The position numbers and the translations under genes were made by a program. The notes below the pieces were generated by a model. The model had not been told where the DNA came from, made no database searches, and saw only the letters and a list, made by a program, of their open reading frames with translations. A stretch of DNA of 63,580 nucleotides, counting the filler, from a bacterium (GTDB lineage: Bacteria > UBA9089 > CG2-30-40-21 > SBAY01), in the NCBI GenBank assembly GCA_040757115.1. It is 15 parts of 15 records of this genome, joined end to end, with 100 filler letters (N's around TTAATTAATTAA, not from the genome) between each part and the next. Parts side by side here need not be neighbours in the genome. Positions count along the whole stretch, not along the records: positions 35,737 to 58,780 come from JBFLYA010000045.1; 14 more parts are not named here. One strand, 5' to 3'. This document shows positions 44,352-55,380 of the stretch, piece by piece (within the stretch, counting starts at the first letter, position 1; every line of letters starts with the position of its first letter).

Positions 44352-44825
44352 ATGGCAAGAAGAGTTTATTTTGCATTTCACTATCAAAGAGATATCTGGA
44401 GAGTAAATCAGGTTAGACATGCTTGGGTTACAAAAGAAGATATAGAAGAAGCAGGTTATATTGATGCTGCTGAATTTGAAAAAGTTGAAAGACAAGGTGA
44501 GGAAGCAATCAAACGATGGATTGACAAACAATTAGAAGGGACATCTGTTACGGTTGTTTTGATTGGTTCTAAAACGGCAGAGAGAGAATATGTCCAATAC
44601 GAAATCAATAAAAGTTGGAATAGGGGCAATGGACTTATAGGAATTTATATTCATGATCTTAAAGACCAGAATGGGAACACAGATTATAAAGGTGCCGACC
44701 CTTTTGTCAAATTGGGTTACAAAGGTATTAGGACATACGATTGGATTTCCGATAACGGATACAATAATTTAAGTGAATGGATTGAAGCAGCGTATCAGCG
44801 CGCTCAAAACAGACAAAAACAATAG
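44352..44825 (+). CDS. TIR-like domain protein (ThsB/DUF1863-like)
   Basis: MARRVYFAFHY..D.WRVNQVR, GTSVTVVLIG..T..R.YVQYEI, GNGLIGI.IH. Confidence 0.85.
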   Translation: MARRVYFAFHYQRDIWRVNQVRHAWVTKEDIEEAGYIDAAEFEKVERQGEEAIKRWIDKQLEGTSVTVVLIGSKTAEREYVQYEINKSWNRGNGLIGIYIHDLKDQNGNTDYKGADPFVKLGYKGIRTYDWISDNGYNNLSEWIEAAYQRAQNRQKQ

Positions 44826-44837
44826 GAAGTTAAACTT

Positions 44838-46010
44838 ATGCAAAAGGTGAAGATAAAAGATTTAGGAAAAATTATTACTGGAAAAACACCATCCACAAAG
44901 AAACCAGAGTTATTTGGTTATGATTATCCTTTTATCACACCTTCGGATATTAACACATACGAGGTTTACTATGTTCAAGATACAGAACGTGGTCTTTCAA
45001 AAGAAGGATATTTGACTCAAAAGAGTAAATTGCTCCCACCAAAAACAGTCTGTTATGTTTGTATCGGTTCAACCATTGGAAAAATATGTTTGACGAAAAA
45101 ACCAAGTTTTACAAATCAGCAATTGAATAATATTATAGTTGACCAGTCACGCTATGTCCCAGAATATATTTACTATCGCTTGAGATATGAAACTCCAAAA
45201 ATTCAATCAATATCTGGTGGAACGGGTTCAGGGAAAGCCATCTATAATAAAACAGCATTTGAAGAATTTCAGTTTGAAATCCATGATTTACCTTTACAGC
45301 ACAAAATCTCTTCCATCCTCTCCACCTACGATGACCTTATTGAAAACAACACCCGACGGATACAAATACTTGAAGAAATGGCACAGAGGATTTATCGGGA
45401 GTGGTTTGTTGATTTCCGATTTCCAGGACACGAAAAAGTGAAGTTTGTAGATTCAGAAATGGGAAAGATTCCCGAAGGATGGGAAGTCAAAAGACTAGGG
45501 GATGCCATTGAGCTAGCCTATGGAAAGGGATTAAAAGCTTCGGAACGAAAAAGTGGAAGCGTACCAGTTTTTGGCTCAGGTGGAATTGTAGGATACCATA
45601 ATCAAAGCTTGGTTAAAGGGCCAGGAATTATTGTGGGAAGAAAGGGAAATGTTGGTTCTATTTTTTGGTCAGATCGTGACTTTTTTCCCATTGATACTGT
45701 ATTTTATGTAAGAACTACAATATGCTTACATTACGTCTATTATTATCTGCGGCAGATGAATTTTATAAATAGCGATGCAGCAGTTCCAGGGTTGAATAGG
45801 AATCAAGCCTATTTATTGCCATTTTTAATTCCTTCAGAAGAATTAGTGGATGTATTTCAAGAAAGGATTTGTTCAAATTTTAAGCTTGTTACGGTCTTGA
45901 AATCAAAGTGTGAGATATTACGGACAAGTAGAGATATTCTCCTCCCCAAACTCATCTCAGGGGAACTTGATGTGTCGGATTTAGATATTGCTATAAGGGA
46001 GCAGGAATAA
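44838..46010 (+). CDS. hsdS: Type I restriction-modification specificity subunit
   Basis: Two recognition domains; conserved YDDLIENN.RRI..LEEMA and RD.LLPKLISGE. Confidence 0.93.
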   Translation: MQKVKIKDLGKIITGKTPSTKKPELFGYDYPFITPSDINTYEVYYVQDTERGLSKEGYLTQKSKLLPPKTVCYVCIGSTIGKICLTKKPSFTNQQLNNIIVDQSRYVPEYIYYRLRYETPKIQSISGGTGSGKAIYNKTAFEEFQFEIHDLPLQHKISSILSTYDDLIENNTRRIQILEEMAQRIYREWFVDFRFPGHEKVKFVDSEMGKIPEGWEVKRLGDAIELAYGKGLKASERKSGSVPVFGSGGIVGYHNQSLVKGPGIIVGRKGNVGSIFWSDRDFFPIDTVFYVRTTICLHYVYYYLRQMNFINSDAAVPGLNRNQAYLLPFLIPSEELVDVFQERICSNFKLVTVLKSKCEILRTSRDILLPKLISGELDVSDLDIAIREQE

Positions 46011-46990
46011 TGAAAGGACAAACAGAATCTAAAGGACAAATTGTTTTATACAAGAACCGGCTTGAGGTCAGATTAGAACAGGATACTGTATGGTTAAATT
46101 TAAATCAAATCGCCAAACTTTTTGAAAGAGACAAATCTGTAATTTCACGTCATTTGGATAATATATATAAAACAAATGAGTTAAAGCGAACTTCAACTGT
46201 TGCATTTTTTGCAACAGTTCAAAATGAAGGAGGACGACTTATAGAGCGTAAGATTGAATTTTTTAATTTAGATGCAATAATTTCTGTTGGCTATCGGGTA
46301 AATTCAAAAAGAGGTACGCAGTTTCGCATTTGGGCAACAAATGTCTTAAAGAAACATCTTGTTGACGGATATACCATCAATGAAAAACGACTTAAGGTTG
46401 CCGAGCATAAATATAATGAATTACAGAACTCATTACGGTTATTAAGCAATGTTCTTGCTCTTGACGAAGTTTCTGACGAGACCAAAGGTTTGATTCAAGT
46501 TATAACTGAGTATTCCCGTGCACTTGACATTCTGGATGAGTATGACAATAACAGATTACCTATCCCAAAAGGGACAACTCAGTTAAAATATAGACTTACT
46601 TACCAGGAAGCGAGGATAATTATAGATGAGATGAGGGAAAAATTTAAAACCGCATCTCTTTTTGGACAGGAAAAGGATAAAAGTTTTGAAAGTTCGCTTA
46701 AAACAATTTATCAGACTTATGATGGTAAAGAGCTTTATCCTACAATAGAAGAAAAATCGGCAAACCTATTATATTTTGTTGTCAAAAATCATAGTTTTGT
46801 GGACGGCAATAAAAGAATTGCCGCAGCGCTTTTTATCTGTTTTCTACAAAAGAATGGAATTTTAACTCGTAAAGATGGAACGAGATGTATTGACAATAAC
46901 TCTTTGGTTGCCTTAACACTGATGATTGCTATAAGCAAGCCATCAGAGAAAGATGCGATGATAAAAGTAATATTAAATTTATTGGTATAA
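46010..46990 (+). CDS. RhuM-like N-terminus + Fic/Doc domain protein
   Basis: NLDAIISVGYRVNS.RGTQFR.WAT; H.FVDGNKR. Confidence 0.88.
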   Translation: MKGQTESKGQIVLYKNRLEVRLEQDTVWLNLNQIAKLFERDKSVISRHLDNIYKTNELKRTSTVAFFATVQNEGGRLIERKIEFFNLDAIISVGYRVNSKRGTQFRIWATNVLKKHLVDGYTINEKRLKVAEHKYNELQNSLRLLSNVLALDEVSDETKGLIQVITEYSRALDILDEYDNNRLPIPKGTTQLKYRLTYQEARIIIDEMREKFKTASLFGQEKDKSFESSLKTIYQTYDGKELYPTIEEKSANLLYFVVKNHSFVDGNKRIAAALFICFLQKNGILTRKDGTRCIDNNSLVALTLMIAISKPSEKDAMIKVILNLLV

Positions 46991-46993
46991 ATT

Positions 46994-49900
46994 ATGACAT
47001 CAAAAGATAACAAGTATTCAGAATCTGCATTAGTAGAAAGACCAGCAATGGACTTATTCAGCCAATTAGGCTGGTCTGTTCAGAACTGTTTCTATGAATT
47101 TGACGAGAATGGCAAAAGTTTTCTCAGCAGAGAAACAAAGGCAGATGTTGTTTTGGTTTCAAAACTTAAACCTGCTTTGCAAAAACTCAATCCATCTCTT
47201 TCTGAAACAGTTCTTGATGAGGCAATAAAAATACTTACCTCGGATAGAAGTTTGATGGGGATGGTATCTGCAAACCGTGAGGTATTTGATTTTCTTAAAA
47301 ATGGAATTCTTGTTTCCTATCTGAATAATAAAAATGAGCAAGTTTCTGAACGAGTCCAAATTGTTGACTGGATAAATATAGAAAACAACGATTTCTTTCT
47401 GGCTTCACAGTTTTGGATTTCAGGCGAAATGTATACCAGGAGAGTTGACCTTTTAGGGTTTGTTAATGGTATTCCGCTTCTTTTTATGGAACTTAAAGCA
47501 TCTCATCGCAACCTTAAAAAAGCCTATGATGAGAATTTAAGGGATTATAAGTCAACCATTCCGCAATTATTCTGGTTTAACGGAGTGATTATCCTTTCTA
47601 ATAGTAGTCAAAGTAGGGTTGGAACGCTATCTGCTGAATGGGACCATTTTAGCGAATGGAAAAGGATTAACAATGAAGGTGAAAAAGGTATTGTTTCACT
47701 TGACACAGTTATAAAAGGTGTTTGTGAAAAATCCCGATTTATGGATATTCTTGAAAACTATACTTTATTTAAGGAAGAGAAAAACGGGACTATAAAAATT
47801 ATTGCCAAGAATCACCAGTATTTAGGGGTTGAGAAGTCAATCAAAGCATTTCTTCAAGTGAATCAGAATAAAGGGCGGCTTGGTGTTTTCTGGCATACCC
47901 AGGGTTCAGGAAAAACAGAATCAATGATTTTCTTTTCACAGAAGATTTTAAGAAAAATACCGGGCAACTGGACATTTGTAGTTGTAACCGATAGAAACGA
48001 ACTGGATGAACAGACCTATAAACGGTTTGTGCGTTCAGGGGTTATTCAGGGAAAACAGGAATGGGCTCAAAACACTGAGGATTTAAGACGATTGCTAAAA
48101 GAAGACCACCGATATGTCTTTACAACTATTCAGAAATTCAGGACAGAAAAAGGAGCAAAGCACCCTGTTATTTCTGACCGTTCTGATATAGTTGTTATAA
48201 CGGATGAGGCACACAGAACCCAGTATGATATATTTGCTATGAATATGCGCAATGCTTTGCCGAACGCAGGGTTCATTGCCTTTACCGGCACACCGCTTAT
48301 TGTTGGTGAAGAGAAGACAAAGGAGGTCTTTGGTGATTATGTCAGTATTTACAATTTTAAACAGGCAACTGATGATAAAGCAACTGTTCCACTTTATTAT
48401 GAGAACCGAAAACCCAAAGTCCAGTTGGTAAACTTAAGTCTGAATGAAGATATTCAGCGCATTTTAGAAGATGCAGAACTGGATTCTGCACAAGAACAAA
48501 AGTTTGAAAGAGAATTCTCTAAAGAATACCAACTCATTACCCGTGAAGACCGACTTGAAGACATTGCTCAGGATATCGTTTTGCATTTTATGAACAGGGG
48601 TTTTATGGGTAAGGCAATGGTGGTTTCCATTGACAAGGCTACAGCGGTAAAGATGTACGATAAGGTGAAGAAATATTGGGATAGATACGCTGATAAATTA
48701 CAAAAAGATTATAAGCATGCAACAGATGTTGTCAAAGAAGAAATCGGCAATAAACTGATTGATATGCATCAAACCGATATGGCAGTTGTGGTTTCGCAAT
48801 CCCAGAATGAGGTTGAGGATTTAAAAGCAAAGGGAGTGGATATCACACCGCATCGCATTAGAATGAACAACGAACACCTTGACGAAAAATTTAAGGATGC
48901 AGATGACCCATTAAGGATTGTTTTTGTCTGTGCTATGTGGATGACAGGTTTTGATGTGCCTTCTTGTTCCACAATCTATCTTGATAAGCCAATGAAAAAC
49001 CATACCCTTATGCAGACCATTGCAAGAGTAAACAGGGTTTTTGGCGAGAATAAAGTTGTAGGACTAATCGTTGATTATATCGGTGTGCTTCATAATTTGA
49101 ATCAGGCACTGGCTATTTATGCTGCTCCTGTTGGAGAAGGTGGCGTTGAGACACCAATTATTGAAAAATCCGAATTGATAGAACAACTCCGTAAAGATAT
49201 TCAGGAAATGATGGAGCTGTTAGATGGATGGGAAATATCTTTGCCAAAAATAATGGCATCTGAAGGATTAAAATGCGTCAGTCTGATAGATGATGCAGTT
49301 GAATGCATATTAGAGAGTGAAGAACGGCAGTCTATATTTAAAGAAAAGAATGCAATTATTCAAAAGACATACAAAGCAATATTACCGGATACTTCTGCCA
49401 GTGAATTCCAGTCAGTTGTGAAGACATTACAGGTTTTAGCAGACAAATTAGCTCCAATATCGGGAGCGGTTGATATTTCTGATGTGCTTAGGAGGGTTTC
49501 AGAATTATTGGATAAATCAGTGAAGGTTGAAGCAATGTATGTTGCAGAGACACCCGACGAATACAACGCAGGCAAAATACTGGATTTGACTAAAATTGAC
49601 ATTGATAAATTGCAGAAAGAGTTTAATAAAGGCCGTAGACGAATACTGGCAGAGCAGTTAAGAAAAGCAATTGAGGTTAGATTGCGTGCTTTATATATGC
49701 TTAATAAATCTCGGATGAATTATATGGAAAGATTCCAGCAATTAATTGATGAATACAATGCCGGGTCAATGAATGTGGAAGAGTATTACAGACGATTACT
49801 TGAGTTTGTTAAAAATCTGGATGATGAAGAGAAACGGGCGATGAAAGAATCTCTATCAGAAGAGGAACTTGCAATCTATGACTTGCTGGTGAATCCGCCG

Positions 49901-50167
49901 ATTAAAATGACGCAGAAAGAGATTCTGGCAGTAAAAAAAGTAGCACACGACCTTCTGGAAAAACTGAAATCAGAAAAACTTGTCCTTGACTGGCGAAAAA
50001 AACAGCAGGCAAGGGCATCAGTTAAGTTATGCATTGAAGAAATACTCGAAAATCTACCACCAATATTCTCAACTGAAATCTATCATCAGAAGTGTGGTTT
50101 AATTTATCAGCATATCTATGAGTCATACTATGGAAGTGGTATGAGCGTATATGCACATCAAATTTGA
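46994..50167 (+). CDS. hsdR: Type I restriction endonuclease subunit R
   Basis: VNGIPL..MELK, HTQGSGKT, DEAHR, FTGTP, QTIARVNR. Confidence 0.95.
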   Translation: MTSKDNKYSESALVERPAMDLFSQLGWSVQNCFYEFDENGKSFLSRETKADVVLVSKLKPALQKLNPSLSETVLDEAIKILTSDRSLMGMVSANREVFDFLKNGILVSYLNNKNEQVSERVQIVDWINIENNDFFLASQFWISGEMYTRRVDLLGFVNGIPLLFMELKASHRNLKKAYDENLRDYKSTIPQLFWFNGVIILSNSSQSRVGTLSAEWDHFSEWKRINNEGEKGIVSLDTVIKGVCEKSRFMDILENYTLFKEEKNGTIKIIAKNHQYLGVEKSIKAFLQVNQNKGRLGVFWHTQGSGKTESMIFFSQKILRKIPGNWTFVVVTDRNELDEQTYKRFVRSGVIQGKQEWAQNTEDLRRLLKEDHRYVFTTIQKFRTEKGAKHPVISDRSDIVVITDEAHRTQYDIFAMNMRNALPNAGFIAFTGTPLIVGEEKTKEVFGDYVSIYNFKQATDDKATVPLYYENRKPKVQLVNLSLNEDIQRILEDAELDSAQEQKFEREFSKEYQLITREDRLEDIAQDIVLHFMNRGFMGKAMVVSIDKATAVKMYDKVKKYWDRYADKLQKDYKHATDVVKEEIGNKLIDMHQTDMAVVVSQSQNEVEDLKAKGVDITPHRIRMNNEHLDEKFKDADDPLRIVFVCAMWMTGFDVPSCSTIYLDKPMKNHTLMQTIARVNRVFGENKVVGLIVDYIGVLHNLNQALAIYAAPVGEGGVETPIIEKSELIEQLRKDIQEMMELLDGWEISLPKIMASEGLKCVSLIDDAVECILESEERQSIFKEKNAIIQKTYKAILPDTSASEFQSVVKTLQVLADKLAPISGAVDISDVLRRVSELLDKSVKVEAMYVAETPDEYNAGKILDLTKIDIDKLQKEFNKGRRRILAEQLRKAIEVRLRALYMLNKSRMNYMERFQQLIDEYNAGSMNVEEYYRRLLEFVKNLDDEEKRAMKESLSEEELAIYDLLVNPPIKMTQKEILAVKKVAHDLLEKLKSEKLVLDWRKKQQARASVKLCIEEILENLPPIFSTEIYHQKCGLIYQHIYESYYGSGMSVYAHQI

Positions 50168-50207
50168 AGAAAATGCAAAGCCATATTTGGAATCGGCAAA
50201 AATAAAA

Positions 50208-50371
50208 GTAACTATTCAGCCACTGATTAACACGGATTAGCACGGATAAATACAGAAGGCAGAGGGCAGAAGGCAGAAGACAACAGGAAGAAAAACCTTC
50301 AGCCTAATTATACGGACACGGATTACGAATTTTCAGTGTTTCATCCGTGTCCATCTGTGGCTGAATAATAC
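50208..50371. mobile_element. GTAACTATTCAGCCAC miniature element
   Basis: Inverted ends, CACGGAT and GGCAGA arrays; related to 57598-58021 and 27708-27961. Confidence 0.7.
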
Positions 50372-50385
50372 AAATAGGAAAAACA

Positions 50386-50799
50386 ATGAAAATGAACCGT
50401 CTTAATAAAATCTTTTTAAAAGCAAAGAGAAATAACGGTTTTACCCTTATCGAGGTGATAGTGGCAATAACCATTTTTGCCGTGAGTGTCCTTGCCATTC
50501 TTAATTTATTCTCCACAATACTTAAATCAACTACACAGATTCGTCATTATACCATCGGACTTATCCTGGCTCAATCTAAAATGGCAGAGATTAAAAGTGG
50601 TTTAGAAATAGAATCAGCTGGAATTTTCAAGGAAGATGATATTGAGTATGAATGGTCAGTTCATACAAATCCAACAGAAATTAAAAACATAGAAGAAATC
50701 AGACTTCAGGTGACATGGAAAGGTCAAAAGGCGAAAAAAAATATCGAATTAGTTGGGTATCGAGTTATTGAATCAAGAAAAGACAGGGAAGAAAAATGA
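50386..50799 (+). CDS. Prepilin-type protein (GspI/PilV-like)
   Basis: Class III signal NG|FTLIEV. Confidence 0.8.
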   Translation: MKMNRLNKIFLKAKRNNGFTLIEVIVAITIFAVSVLAILNLFSTILKSTTQIRHYTIGLILAQSKMAEIKSGLEIESAGIFKEDDIEYEWSVHTNPTEIKNIEEIRLQVTWKGQKAKKNIELVGYRVIESRKDREEK

Positions 50800-50859
50800 A
50801 CTGGTAACTAATTACCATTCACCAGTTACCATTTACTAAAGATAAGGAAGGGAAAAAGA

Positions 50860-51456
50860 GTGAAGAGGCAATCAGGATTTACTCTAATCGAAATTTTAAT
50901 TACTTTATTAATTATCAGTATTACTGTAGTTCTAATTGCCAGTTCTTTTAGTTTGAGTTTAAAATCCTGGTCTTCTGTCTCTGCAAAGGTAGAGGTCTAT
51001 CAACGGGTCAGGGTCTGTCTGGATATGATGAGTTCAAGAATCCGTAATGCGGTTATTTTCCCGTTAAATAAAAATTTAACCTTTAAAGGAGATAGATATT
51101 CCTTAAGTTTTATTACCACCTCATCAGATTTTGAAGGTTGGACAAAGGTAGATTTTGGAATAAAAAAGGAGGAAGAATTCTTATGGTTGGAAAAAGAAGA
51201 AGAATTGGCTAAAGGAGAAAAGATATTCTTAGGTAAAGGTATAGAATCAATAGAATTTATGTATTATGACTTTCAAGATGGGCAGTGGAAAGAGAGCTGG
51301 GATTCTTCTGAAACTGGACGACTACCATTTGCAGTTAAGATTTTCATTACCTTTGCAATAAGCAATGATAAGGTAGAAAAAATTACTATTCCGGAGGTAG
51401 TAATTATGATTCCGGCGGCAATGGAATCTATCAAGGAGTCGGAAAAGGTAAGTTAG
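50860..51456 (+). CDS. Prepilin-type protein (GspJ-like)
   Basis: SG|FTLIEI; C-terminal W.ESWD....LP.AVKI. Confidence 0.8.
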   Translation: MKRQSGFTLIEILITLLIISITVVLIASSFSLSLKSWSSVSAKVEVYQRVRVCLDMMSSRIRNAVIFPLNKNLTFKGDRYSLSFITTSSDFEGWTKVDFGIKKEEEFLWLEKEEELAKGEKIFLGKGIESIEFMYYDFQDGQWKESWDSSETGRLPFAVKIFITFAISNDKVEKITIPEVVIMIPAAMESIKESEKVS

Positions 51457-51458
51457 AC

Positions 51459-51680
51459 GTAACTATTCACCATTCACCATTCACAATTTCTTCCCTAAAT
51501 TTCCTTAATAATGGTAAATGGTGAATTGTCAATTGTGAATTGTGAATTATCACTCTTCACGGTGTCAAGCAAACCTGGCCCAAGAGTTCGATGCACCGCT
51601 ATAGCGCATCCAATGACTCTATTCGATAATTCATCAAATTTCACTTCGTGCTCTCCGTACCCTTCGTGGTGAATAGTTAC
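51459..51680. mobile_element. GTAACTATTCACCA element with a GxxExxY 5' remnant
   Basis: 14-bp TIR; the minus strand from 51644 reads VKFDELSNRVIGCAIAVHRTLGPGLL. Confidence 0.75.
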
Positions 51681-51855
51681 TTCGCAGATTAAACGCGAAG
51701 GGAGAGGTGAGCCGGGATAAATGGGAACTTCGAGGTAGAAGAACCCTAATCCTTAAAGATAAGTTTCACAAAAAAACTGTTGACAGGAAAGAAGAGTTAT
51801 GCTATGATAAGAATGTTTCCTGAAAGAGATTTCTAAAATTGACTAAAGAGGAGAG

Positions 51856-52356
51856 ATGAATATGGCTACATATACCTTGCCTCGAGCAACATATGATTTA
51901 TTAACAGAGGCATTAGGAGAAAAGCAAAGAGCAGAGACTTTTGCTAAGGCAATGGAGTCAGTAATTGAGGCAATTGATAATCGGGCAAAAGAGGGAATAG
52001 TAGAAAAAAAGAGCCAGATAAAGACGGAATTAAGAGATGAATTAAGAAATGAACTGGTAACAAGAGAATTATTTGAAGAAAGATTTAAGGTTGTAGATGA
52101 AAGATTTAAGACTCTTGATAACAAAATGGAGGAAAGATTTAAGACCCTTGAAAATGAGATGAACGGGAGATTTAAAATACTTGAAAATGAGATGAATGAA
52201 AGATTTAATGTTGTTGATGAAAGATTTAATGTTGTTGATGAAAAGTTCAAGAGCCTTAATTTTAGGCTTAATATCTTTATCGCCATTGCCCTTATTGCCC
52301 TAACCTTTGCTAATCCTACCTTTGTGAAATTAATAGAAAAGGTCTTTGGGATTTAA
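51856..52356 (+). CDS. Coiled-coil protein with a C-terminal TM helix (DUF1640/CCDC90-like)
   Basis: ERF.VVD repeats, ELVTRE motif, terminal TM; TTGACA-17-TATGAT promoter at 51780-51808. Confidence 0.7.
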   Translation: MNMATYTLPRATYDLLTEALGEKQRAETFAKAMESVIEAIDNRAKEGIVEKKSQIKTELRDELRNELVTRELFEERFKVVDERFKTLDNKMEERFKTLENEMNGRFKILENEMNERFNVVDERFNVVDEKFKSLNFRLNIFIAIALIALTFANPTFVKLIEKVFGI

Positions 52357-52602
52357 GAAAGAACACGAATTGGACGAATTAACGAATATCACGAATTTGG
52401 AACGCAGATGAACGCAGATTTTCAAGATTTTAAATATAAAATTATTGTAAACGTTCAGCCATAGAGGCACAGAGTTCACAGAGAATTAGGGGAATTAACC
52501 ACATAAGGGAAAAATTTTGTAACCGTTCAGGGCTATACATTAGAAGTGTAAACAAGGAGAAATGGGGAAAAAGGAGAATTGGAGAAATGGCTCAAACTTT
52601 TT

Positions 52603-52786
52603 CGACCTGTGCGGTTAAATGTAAAATGGATAATGTAAAATGAGAAATGTAAAATGAAAATGTATAACCGAAAGGTAATGAGTCTTGCGAAGTCCTAAAA
52701 TTTCCCATTTTTCATTTCCTATTTTACATTTTACATTTATTTTTCCTTTGCATCTCTGCGATGAATTAGTCTAATCGCACAGGTGG
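52603..52786. mobile_element. CGACCTGTGCG element inside a dense repeat cluster (52360-53140)
   Basis: Copy of 20966-21143; flanks AACTTTTT/AATTTTTT. Confidence 0.75.
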
Positions 52787-53142
52787 AATTTTTTTGTAAG
52801 CTGATTAAACAGATTACATTTTTTTATTGTAAGCGGATTGAACGGATTGAGCGGATTTTTTTTATTTCTTTTTCCGCTAAATCCGTTAAATTCGCTTACT
52901 AAATCCACCCGCTTACTATTAAAAATCTACTTCCTTAATTTTCTACCTGCACAGGTCGAAAAATTTCTCATAGAACAGATATAGCAACAGGGTTGATAGT
53001 TTATAGTTGATAGTTTCATAGACTATCAACCATCAACTATCAACAATACTTTTGTTGTGTTTGAAGTGGTTTCGCACTAAATCAGTACCATTCATTTGTG
53101 CTCTCTGACCACGCTAAACAGGGACGGTTCGGCTGAATCTAT

Positions 53143-55347
53143 TTAACCAGTTACCAGTTCTGTTATAAATCTTCGCACCTCTTTATAATCATAGATATTA
53201 TATCTGGCAAAGGAGGATGAAATCCCAACCTTGACAGAATATGCCTTTTGAGGAAGAACTTTAAACATATCCTCATCTGTGGCATCATCACCAATGGCTA
53301 AAATAAATTCATAATTCTTGTTCGAGATAAAATGCGTGGCTATTACCCCTTTATTTATACCAGCACTTTTAATCTCGATGACCTTCTCTCCTGATAAAAT
53401 CTGGACATCGATATTTGCGGTTAAGGAGATTAAATCATCTATTAACTCTTTGGCTCGAATAGAGGCAAGTTCAGGGTCTGATTTGCGGTAATGCCACACT
53501 AATGAAAATTCCTTTTCTTCGATAAACGAGGCAGGTAACCTATCTACGGTTAATTTAAGTAACGGGTAAAGTTTAGATTTCCAGTCAGCAGATACAGGTT
53601 TTAGCAGTAACCAGTCTTTATTTTTTTCTTTTAGCCAAACGCCATGTTCTGCGGATAAAGAAATATCTAATCGACCAAACCACTTCTTTACTGTAGATTT
53701 ATCTCGACCACTAACAAGCACCACCTCTGTATCTGGATATTCGGATAGGATCCTGATAAGTTTTAATAGGCTATTATCCGGTTTAGAGCTCTGGGGTCTG
53801 TCTGTAAGCGGGACTAATGTTCCATCGTAATCTAAAAAGATAATTCTTGAATTAGAGGTTTGAAAATCTTTTATTATCTCTTCTTTTTCCAGATGAGATA
53901 AAAGTTTTGTCATTCGGAGCATCTTTTGTTTATTCAAGTCTAAAAGTTCGGAGATAAAATCACCTGCCCACCGAATAACATCATAATCACTCAGTCTTTT
54001 CTGCATAATCTTAATTCTTCTTGTTTGTTCTTTTATGGACATTGATAAGGCATCTTTTATGGCTTGAGCAATTTCTTGTTTATGGTTTGGGTTGATGATA
54101 ATTGCCTCGCCAAGTTCCTTAGCCGCACCAGCCATCTCGCTTAAGATTAAAACCCCTTTTTTATCTGATTGTGAGGCAATATACTCCTTTGCTACCAGAT
54201 TCATCCCATCCCTCAAAGGGCTGATTAAGGCAATATCCGCAACATTATACAAGGCAACTAATTGTTTAAACGGAATATGTTTATATTGATACTGGATGGG
54301 TGTCCAGCCGACATTTCCAAACCGACCATTGATTTTTCCGATAAATTCATCAATCTTGATTTTTATCCGTTGATAGCGTTCTACTCCGATTCGAGATGGA
54401 ACAACGATTAACAAAAGAGTGATTTTATTATGCCAGTGTGGATTTTCTTCAAGGAATAATTCATAGCCTTCCAGACGATTGATAATCCCCTTGGTATAAT
54501 CAAGTCTATCTACGGAGAGTATAGTTTTTGTATTCATTAAGATTCTGGCAAACTCATCTTTTTCTTTCTGGACATCAGGGTCAGCAGCCGCCGCATAAAA
54601 CTTTTTATAGTGAATACCCATAGGAAAGGTATCGGCACGAAGAATCCTATTATTTAAAGTTAGACTTCCAAGATTATGTTCTAATCCTGAAATCCGTAAA
54701 ACACATCTCAGGAAACTCTGGGTATAATCAATTGTATGAAATCCAATTAAATCTGCTCCTAAAAGTCCCTCTAATATCTCTGTGCGCCATTTTTTAGGTA
54801 AAAGGCGATATATTTCATAAGGTGGGAATGGGATGTGCAGGAAAAAGCCAATAAGTGATTCTGGCCTTTTTTCGCGGATGAGTTTTGGAAGTAACAAAAG
54901 ATGATAATCATGTATCCATAAAATATCATCTGACTTTAAAATTTTACAAATTGCCTCACAAAAGAATTCATTTACCTGTTTATAATAATTCCATAAATTT
55001 TCGTTAAATTCAGCATAGATAGGAAAACAATGAAACAATGGCCAGATAGTTTTGTTGCAAAATCCATGGTAGAAATTATCCATCTCTTTTTCCGGGATAA
55101 ATACAGGTGAACAGTTATATTCCTTAATGGTTTTCCTTCTTAAGGCAGGTTGATATTTTTCTTTCACGGTTACCCCGGGCCACCCAATCCAGAGATGCTC
55201 AAGTGGTGTAAATGAAGAATCTTTCAAGGAATCAAGGTAGTCACTTAATCCAGTAACAAGTCCACCCGAACTTTTTACTAATTCCAGTGCCCCTTCTTTT
55301 TCTATAACCGTAAATGGTAATCTGTTAGAAACGATGAGTAATCTCAT
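53143..55347 (-). CDS. otsA: Bifunctional trehalose-6-phosphate synthase/phosphatase
   Basis: Start MRLLIVSNRLP (ATG 55347); WIHDYHL, DRLDYTKG, RDGMNLVAKE, HAD motif FLDYDGTL, GDD.TDED. Confidence 0.93.
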   Translation of the reverse strand: MRLLIVSNRLPFTVIEKEGALELVKSSGGLVTGLSDYLDSLKDSSFTPLEHLWIGWPGVTVKEKYQPALRRKTIKEYNCSPVFIPEKEMDNFYHGFCNKTIWPLFHCFPIYAEFNENLWNYYKQVNEFFCEAICKILKSDDILWIHDYHLLLLPKLIREKRPESLIGFFLHIPFPPYEIYRLLPKKWRTEILEGLLGADLIGFHTIDYTQSFLRCVLRISGLEHNLGSLTLNNRILRADTFPMGIHYKKFYAAAADPDVQKEKDEFARILMNTKTILSVDRLDYTKGIINRLEGYELFLEENPHWHNKITLLLIVVPSRIGVERYQRIKIKIDEFIGKINGRFGNVGWTPIQYQYKHIPFKQLVALYNVADIALISPLRDGMNLVAKEYIASQSDKKGVLILSEMAGAAKELGEAIIINPNHKQEIAQAIKDALSMSIKEQTRRIKIMQKRLSDYDVIRWAGDFISELLDLNKQKMLRMTKLLSHLEKEEIIKDFQTSNSRIIFLDYDGTLVPLTDRPQSSKPDNSLLKLIRILSEYPDTEVVLVSGRDKSTVKKWFGRLDISLSAEHGVWLKEKNKDWLLLKPVSADWKSKLYPLLKLTVDRLPASFIEEKEFSLVWHYRKSDPELASIRAKELIDDLISLTANIDVQILSGEKVIEIKSAGINKGVIATHFISNKNYEFILAIGDDATDEDMFKVLPQKAYSVKVGISSSFARYNIYDYKEVRRFITELVTG

Positions 55348-55380
55348 TAAATTTACACCCAATGTTATTTTAGATTTTAG

